Assembly (NCBI GenBank): GCA_963712745.1
Contig: CAVQJC010000011.1
Coordinates: forward strand, 160,001-224,000
DNA length: 64,000 nt
Reading direction: 5' to 3'
Origin: an uncultured Chloroflexia bacterium
GTDB taxonomy: Bacteria > Chloroflexota > Limnocylindria > Limnocylindrales > CSP1-4
This document shows, one piece after another, positions 59,209 through 64,000 of this stretch; position 1 is the first letter of the stretch, and every line of letters begins with the position of its first letter. The position numbers and the translations under genes are program-made. The notes beneath the pieces are model-generated. The model searched no databases. It was not told the DNA's origin and saw only the letters and a program-made list of their open reading frames with translations.

Positions 59209-60600
59209 ATGACTGACGACGGGCCCATCCGGTTTCCCGAGGGCTTCCTCTGGGGTGCGGCGACCAGCTCCTTCCAGATCGAGGGTGCCGTGCACCAGGA
59301 CGGACGCGGTCCCAGCATCTGGGACACCCAGTGCCACGCCACGAACCTCGTGCGGGACGGCCATACGGGCGACGTGGCGGCCGACCACTACCACCGCTGG
59401 GCGGACGATGTCGACCTCATGGCCCGGCTGGGCCTGCGTGCCTACCGCTTCAGCGTGGCCTGGCCGCGCATCCAACCCACGGGCTCGGGGCCACTGAACC
59501 AGCCCGGCATCGACTTCTACTCCCGCCTGGTCGACCGGCTGCTGGACCACGACATCACACCCATGCTGACGCTGTTCCACTGGGACATGCCGCAGGCACT
59601 GGAGGACGCCGGTGGCTGGCCGGCGCGCGACACCGCGTTCCGCCTCGCCGAGTACGCGGCCATCGTCTTCGAGGCTCTCCACGACCGAGTGCCGCTATGG
59701 GCCACGCTCAATGAACCGTGGTGCTCCTCGCTGCTGGGGTACGCCGAGCCGTCACATGCACCGGGCCACCAGGACCCGGTCGAGGCCACGCGCGCAATCC
59801 ACCACCTGAACCTCGCCCACGGGCTGGCCATCGAGGCCATGCGCGCTATCGACCCGGTGCCCGAGCACGGCGTCGTGCTGAACCTCACTCCCATCCACGT
59901 GGTCGGCGATGATCCCGACGGAGCCGCTGCCGACGGCGCGCGCCGCTACGACGCCCTGCGCAATCGAGTGTGGCTGGAGCCGATGCTGCTCGGTCGCTAT
60001 CCCGAGGATGCCTCCGAGGACCTCGAGGCCTTCGGTGGGCTGCCGATCGACGAGGGGGACCTGGAGCTCATCGCGCAGCCCCTGGATTGGCTAGGCATCA
60101 ACTACTACAACGACAACTACCTGCGCGCGGAGCCGGGTGCCTCGATCACGCATACGCCTGGCCTGCGCGATACGACCGGATACGCCCCCGGTCCGGGCTA
60201 CACCGACATGGGCTGGCCGATCACGCCGGACGGCCTGCGGGCCCTGATGGTGGAGCTGACCGAGACGTACCCGGGCCTGCCGCCCATCTACATCACCGAG
60301 AACGGCTGCGCCTACGACGACCCGGTCGTGGATGGCGCGTGCCACGACCCGCGTCGCATCGCCTATCTCGGCGCCCACCTTCGCGCGGTCCATGCCGCCA
60401 TCGAAGCGGGGGTCGATGTGCGGGGCTACTTCCAGTGGTCGCTGTTGGACAACTTCGAGTGGTCACATGGTTATCACATGCGCTTCGGCATGGTGCACGT
60501 CGACTACGACACGCTCGAGCGCACGCCCAGGGACAGCGCCCGGTGGTACCGGGACGTCATCACCCGCAACGGGCTGGAGGCCGGCCCAGGGCTGGACTAG
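59209..60600 (+). CDS. GH1 beta-glucosidase
   Basis: FLWGAATSSFQIEG, YRFSVAWPRI, acid/base TLNEP, nucleophile ITENG, DNFEW. Confidence 0.96.
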   Translation: MTDDGPIRFPEGFLWGAATSSFQIEGAVHQDGRGPSIWDTQCHATNLVRDGHTGDVAADHYHRWADDVDLMARLGLRAYRFSVAWPRIQPTGSGPLNQPGIDFYSRLVDRLLDHDITPMLTLFHWDMPQALEDAGGWPARDTAFRLAEYAAIVFEALHDRVPLWATLNEPWCSSLLGYAEPSHAPGHQDPVEATRAIHHLNLAHGLAIEAMRAIDPVPEHGVVLNLTPIHVVGDDPDGAAADGARRYDALRNRVWLEPMLLGRYPEDASEDLEAFGGLPIDEGDLELIAQPLDWLGINYYNDNYLRAEPGASITHTPGLRDTTGYAPGPGYTDMGWPITPDGLRALMVELTETYPGLPPIYITENGCAYDDPVVDGACHDPRRIAYLGAHLRAVHAAIEAGVDVRGYFQWSLLDNFEWSHGYHMRFGMVHVDYDTLERTPRDSARWYRDVITRNGLEAGPGLD

Positions 60601-63017
60601 CTGATCTCCACCGTCGTGAAGAACCGCGAGCGCGCCGTCAGCTGACGCACCTCGCCCACGACCTCGAACTCGGCCGTGAGCGGCAGGTCTGCCGCGGACG
60701 TTCCGACCATCACGCGGTGCCGACCCGGCTCCACCCGCAGGCGCCCGTCGACGCCCGTGAACACGAACTGCTCCACGGCCAGCCCGAAGGTGACCGTTCG
60801 GCGCTCTCCTGGTGCGAGGGTGACTCGCGCGAAGCCGCGGAGCTCCTTCACCGGCCGCGTCACACTCGCGTGGAGGTCGCGCACGTACAGCTGAACGACC
60901 TCGTCGGCGGCGCGCTCTCCGACGTTGGCCACCTCGACGCTGAGCGCGACCTCGCCGTCGATGGGCGTCACGTCGCGGTCGAGCCGCAGCGCCGAGAGCT
61001 CGAAGCGCGAGTAGGAGCGCCCGAAGCCGAACGGCCACAACGGTCGGTGCGGTCCGTCGACGTAGTCCTCGTGCCACTGCGAGCGGCCGCCGGAGGGTTT
61101 GTGGGCGTAGTAGAGCGGTACCTGGCCGACATGCTGCGGCACCGTCACCGGCAGCTTTCCGCCGGGGCTCACATCACCGAAGACGACCTCGGCGATCGCT
61201 CGAGGGCCGGCCTCTCCAGGTACCCATGCATGCAGCACCGCCGCCGCAGAGCGTGCCTCCGCTGGGATGGCCAGCGGTCGACCCGCCACCAGCAGCAGTA
61301 CGACCGGCGTGCCGGTGGCGGCGACAGCATGGAAGAGCTCCGCCTGTCGACCGGGCAGGCCCAGCTGCATCCGGTCGCGGGTCTCGCCGCAGGTGCACTC
61401 GGCGGTGAGGCCGGACCGCTCGCCCAGCACGAGGATGGCTACATCGGCCTTGCGGGCGACATCGACCGCTGCCTCGATCTCTGCGTCCTCCCCGTCGAGC
61501 ACGCCGCAGCCGCGCGCGTACTCGACCCGTGTCGACTCGGGCGCCCGCTCGCGGATGCCGTCGAGGACCGTCATCCACGACGCAAGCTCGTCGGCCAGCT
61601 GGAGGTCGAGCGGCGCGGCGTTGCCGGCGACGCCTTCACGACCCCGGTTCTCCAGCAGGGTCTCGATATGCACCAGGTGGCCATAGTCACCCACGAGCAC
61701 CCGTGCATCGTCGGCGTTGGGGCCGATGACCGCGATCGAGCGCAGGTCCGCGGACAGCGGCAGCGCGCCGTCGTTCTCGAGTAGCACGATGGAGCGTCTG
61801 GCGATCTCGAGCGCCACCGCGCCGTCCTCGTCGGCCTCCACGCCTGCCGCGCCCGGATCGGCGTATGGCTGCTCGAACAGGCCGAGACGGAGCTTCGTCC
61901 GCAGCACCCGCTCGACCGCCATGTCGATCAGGTCCACGTCCACCCGGCCGTCCTCGAGGGCGCGCCGGAGCGGCTCTCCGTACGCTGCCGTTGCCGGCAG
62001 CTCCATATCTAGGCCGGCCTCGAGCGTCATCACCGCTGCCTGCGACAGGTCGTCGACGAGCCCATGCAGCGTCAGCAGTTGCTCGATGCCCAGGTAGTCC
62101 GCGACCACGATGCCGTCGAATCCCCAGCGCTCGCGCAGGATCGACGTCAACAGCTCCCGAGAGGCGGCACAGGGCACCCCGTCGACGTCGTCGTAGGCGT
62201 GCATCATCGAACCCAGTCCGGCGCCACGCACGGCTGCCTCGAAGGGAAAGAGGAAGGTGTCGAGCAGCTCCCGCATACCGACGTGGGCAGGAGCCTGGTT
62301 GAGGCCGCCTTCGGGCAGGCCATGGCCGACCATGTGTTTGCCCGTGGCGATCACGGGCCGCTGCCCGTCAGGCGTCTCCTGGATGCCCCGCACGTAGGCG
62401 CAGCCCAGCTCTGCGACCAGGTAGGAGTCCTCGCCGTAGGTTTCCTCGAGCCGACCCCAGCGGGGGTCACGGGTGATGTCGAGGACCGGCGCCAGGGCCT
62501 GGCTGGCCCCGGTCGCCCGCAAGTGCCGCCCGATGCGGCCAGCCATCCGCTCGGCAAGAGCCGGGTCCCAGGTCGAAGCCAGGCCGATGGCCTGCGGGAA
62601 GCAGGTGGCGTCACGGGCCATGACCCCGTGAAGGGATTCCTCGTGGATGATGGCAGGGATCCCCAGCCGCGTCTCCTCGACGAGGAACCGCTGGATGGCA
62701 TTGCCTAGCTCTGCGACCATCTCTGGCGGCAGATTGGTAGCGCCGGCCACGCGCGTCACCTGGCCCAGCCCCTCCGCCATGTGCTGGCGCGCGCCTGCTG
62801 GCTCAAGCTCGCCGCCATCGGACAGCTCGAAGGCCCAGGCCGAGCCCAGCTGCGCGATCTTCTCCGCTGGCGTCATCCGGCCCAGCAGGTCGAGCGCCCG
62901 TTCGTCTATGGATCGTGAGGCGTCACGGTAGGCCGGAGCTTGTGGCCCGTCGGCCCCGGCCTGGGGCTGCGCCACATCGGTGAGTTCAGACATGGGTTCC
63001 CCCTTTGGTCGCGTCAT
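60597..63017 (-). CDS. GH3 beta-glucosidase/beta-xylosidase with C-terminal Fn3 domain
   Basis: RDPRWGR.EETYGED, KH, VVADY, PFGFG.SY, EVVQLY; start may be 62993. Confidence 0.95.
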   Translation of the reverse strand: MTRPKGEPMSELTDVAQPQAGADGPQAPAYRDASRSIDERALDLLGRMTPAEKIAQLGSAWAFELSDGGELEPAGARQHMAEGLGQVTRVAGATNLPPEMVAELGNAIQRFLVEETRLGIPAIIHEESLHGVMARDATCFPQAIGLASTWDPALAERMAGRIGRHLRATGASQALAPVLDITRDPRWGRLEETYGEDSYLVAELGCAYVRGIQETPDGQRPVIATGKHMVGHGLPEGGLNQAPAHVGMRELLDTFLFPFEAAVRGAGLGSMMHAYDDVDGVPCAASRELLTSILRERWGFDGIVVADYLGIEQLLTLHGLVDDLSQAAVMTLEAGLDMELPATAAYGEPLRRALEDGRVDVDLIDMAVERVLRTKLRLGLFEQPYADPGAAGVEADEDGAVALEIARRSIVLLENDGALPLSADLRSIAVIGPNADDARVLVGDYGHLVHIETLLENRGREGVAGNAAPLDLQLADELASWMTVLDGIRERAPESTRVEYARGCGVLDGEDAEIEAAVDVARKADVAILVLGERSGLTAECTCGETRDRMQLGLPGRQAELFHAVAATGTPVVLLLVAGRPLAIPAEARSAAAVLHAWVPGEAGPRAIAEVVFGDVSPGGKLPVTVPQHVGQVPLYYAHKPSGGRSQWHEDYVDGPHRPLWPFGFGRSYSRFELSALRLDRDVTPIDGEVALSVEVANVGERAADEVVQLYVRDLHASVTRPVKELRGFARVTLAPGERRTVTFGLAVEQFVFTGVDGRLRVEPGRHRVMVGTSAADLPLTAEFEVVGEVRQLTARSRFFTTVEIS

Positions 63018-63889
63018 CCCTTGACCGCTCCGGCCGTGAGACCGCCCACGATCTGGCGTTCGGCGATGACGTAGAAGACGAGTGCGGGCACCATCGACAA
63101 CGTCGTGAACGCCAGGATGAGCGCGTAGTCCGCGGTGTACCGATCAGAGAAGTTCATGACGCCCAGCGGCAGCGTCCACTGGTCCGCGGTCCGAAGGACC
63201 AGCAAGGGCAGCAGGAACGCGTTCCAGCTGCCGACGATGGCGAGGACCGATACCGTCGCGAGGGCCGGCCTCGACAGCGGTAGTGCCACCCGCCAGAAAA
63301 ACCCGAACGTGCCGCAACCGTCGATGCGAGCGGCGTCTTCAAGCTCGAAGGGGATGGCGCGGAAGAATGGTCGCAGGATGATGATGGTGATGGGCAGTGC
63401 GAAGGCCGCCTGCGGCAAGGCCACGCCCCACCACGTATTGAGCAGCGTGAGCTGACGGACCAGGATGAAGAGGGGCAGGATGGCCACGGCGGCAGGAAAG
63501 AGCAACCCCAGTACGAAGAGCGTATAGACCGCCTCACGTCCCGGGAACCGCATGCGCGCGAAGGCGAACGCCGCCAGCGCGGCCAGCGCAACTGCGGTGA
63601 ACGTGGTGATCGCCGCGATCGCCACGCTGTTGAGGAGCTCGGTCCAGTACTCGCCCGACGTGAGCACCTCGATGTAGTTGTGCGGCCACCAGTCGGTGGG
63701 CAGGGCAAACGGCCGGTTCAGCAGCTCGCCGGTCGTGCGGAGGCCCCCGATGGTGGCATAGGCCAGGGGCACGATGATGGCTGCTGCCACCGAGAACATG
63801 ACCACGACGCGGAATGAGGTGAAGAGGTAGCGTCGTGCGCGCCGCCCCGCGGTGGGCGCCGGTGGGACAGAGGCGGGTCTTGCCATCAC
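63014..63889 (-). CDS. CUT1 carbohydrate ABC permease (MalG-like)
   Basis: EAA loop IPFELEDAARIDG, SWNAFLLP, GLTAGAVKG. Confidence 0.95.
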   Translation of the reverse strand: MMARPASVPPAPTAGRRARRYLFTSFRVVVMFSVAAAIIVPLAYATIGGLRTTGELLNRPFALPTDWWPHNYIEVLTSGEYWTELLNSVAIAAITTFTAVALAALAAFAFARMRFPGREAVYTLFVLGLLFPAAVAILPLFILVRQLTLLNTWWGVALPQAAFALPITIIILRPFFRAIPFELEDAARIDGCGTFGFFWRVALPLSRPALATVSVLAIVGSWNAFLLPLLVLRTADQWTLPLGVMNFSDRYTADYALILAFTTLSMVPALVFYVIAERQIVGGLTAGAVKG

Positions 63890-64000
63890 TCACTCCGCCC
63901 CCGTCATGGCGCCCTCGACGTCGCGCGACATGACGTAGCGCTGATACAGCAGTGCGAGGACGAGCGCGATGACGAAGATGATGACCGCGACCGCGCTGCC
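63890..64000 (-). CDS. C-terminus of CUT1 carbohydrate ABC permease (MalF-like), cut by window edge
   Basis: GSAVAVIIFVIALVLALLYQRYV... ending one base before the next permease. Confidence 0.7.
   Translation of the reverse strand, partial: GSAVAVIIFVIALVLALLYQRYVMSRDVEGAMTGAE

Overview
High-GC bacterial DNA, possibly Chloroflexota or Actinomycetota (not determinable from this window). It is almost entirely accessory carbohydrate catabolism. (1) 1-18 kb: two CUT2 sugar ABC importers, SDRs and an epimerase, two tandem TPP-dependent E1 alpha/beta pairs with one E2 and no E3, yjbQ, rpiB and an aldo/keto reductase. (2) 18-45 kb: an unusual block with two paralogous cytochromes P450, two UroD/MtaA-like proteins, a secreted FG-GAP/ASPIC-UnbV plus vanadium-haloperoxidase fusion, a membrane molybdoenzyme with an internal twin-arginine motif, class II aldolase, HAD phosphatase, SGNH esterase, Zn-ADHs, RhaM, a third sugar ABC importer, Hyi, divergent transaldolase-like and HPS-like enzymes, and DhaKL. 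A shared TG(C/T)AT(A/G)CA-type box lies at its promoters and a GntR-LacI regulator is inside the block. (3) 46-53 kb: an inositol-type cluster (iolE, iolG-like, iolC, iolB, LacD-like aldolase, LacI with a perfect operator) lacking iolD. (4) Acetoacetate-CoA ligase, thiolase, an MsiK-type ATPase, decayed GH130/dppBC remnants, GH1, GH3 and CUT1 permeases. Many single-base frameshifts cluster at 9.8-12.1 kb and 49-55.4 kb and look like sequencing errors. No rRNA, tRNA, CRISPR array or mobile element was recognised. All calls come from motifs read by eye; no database searches were run.
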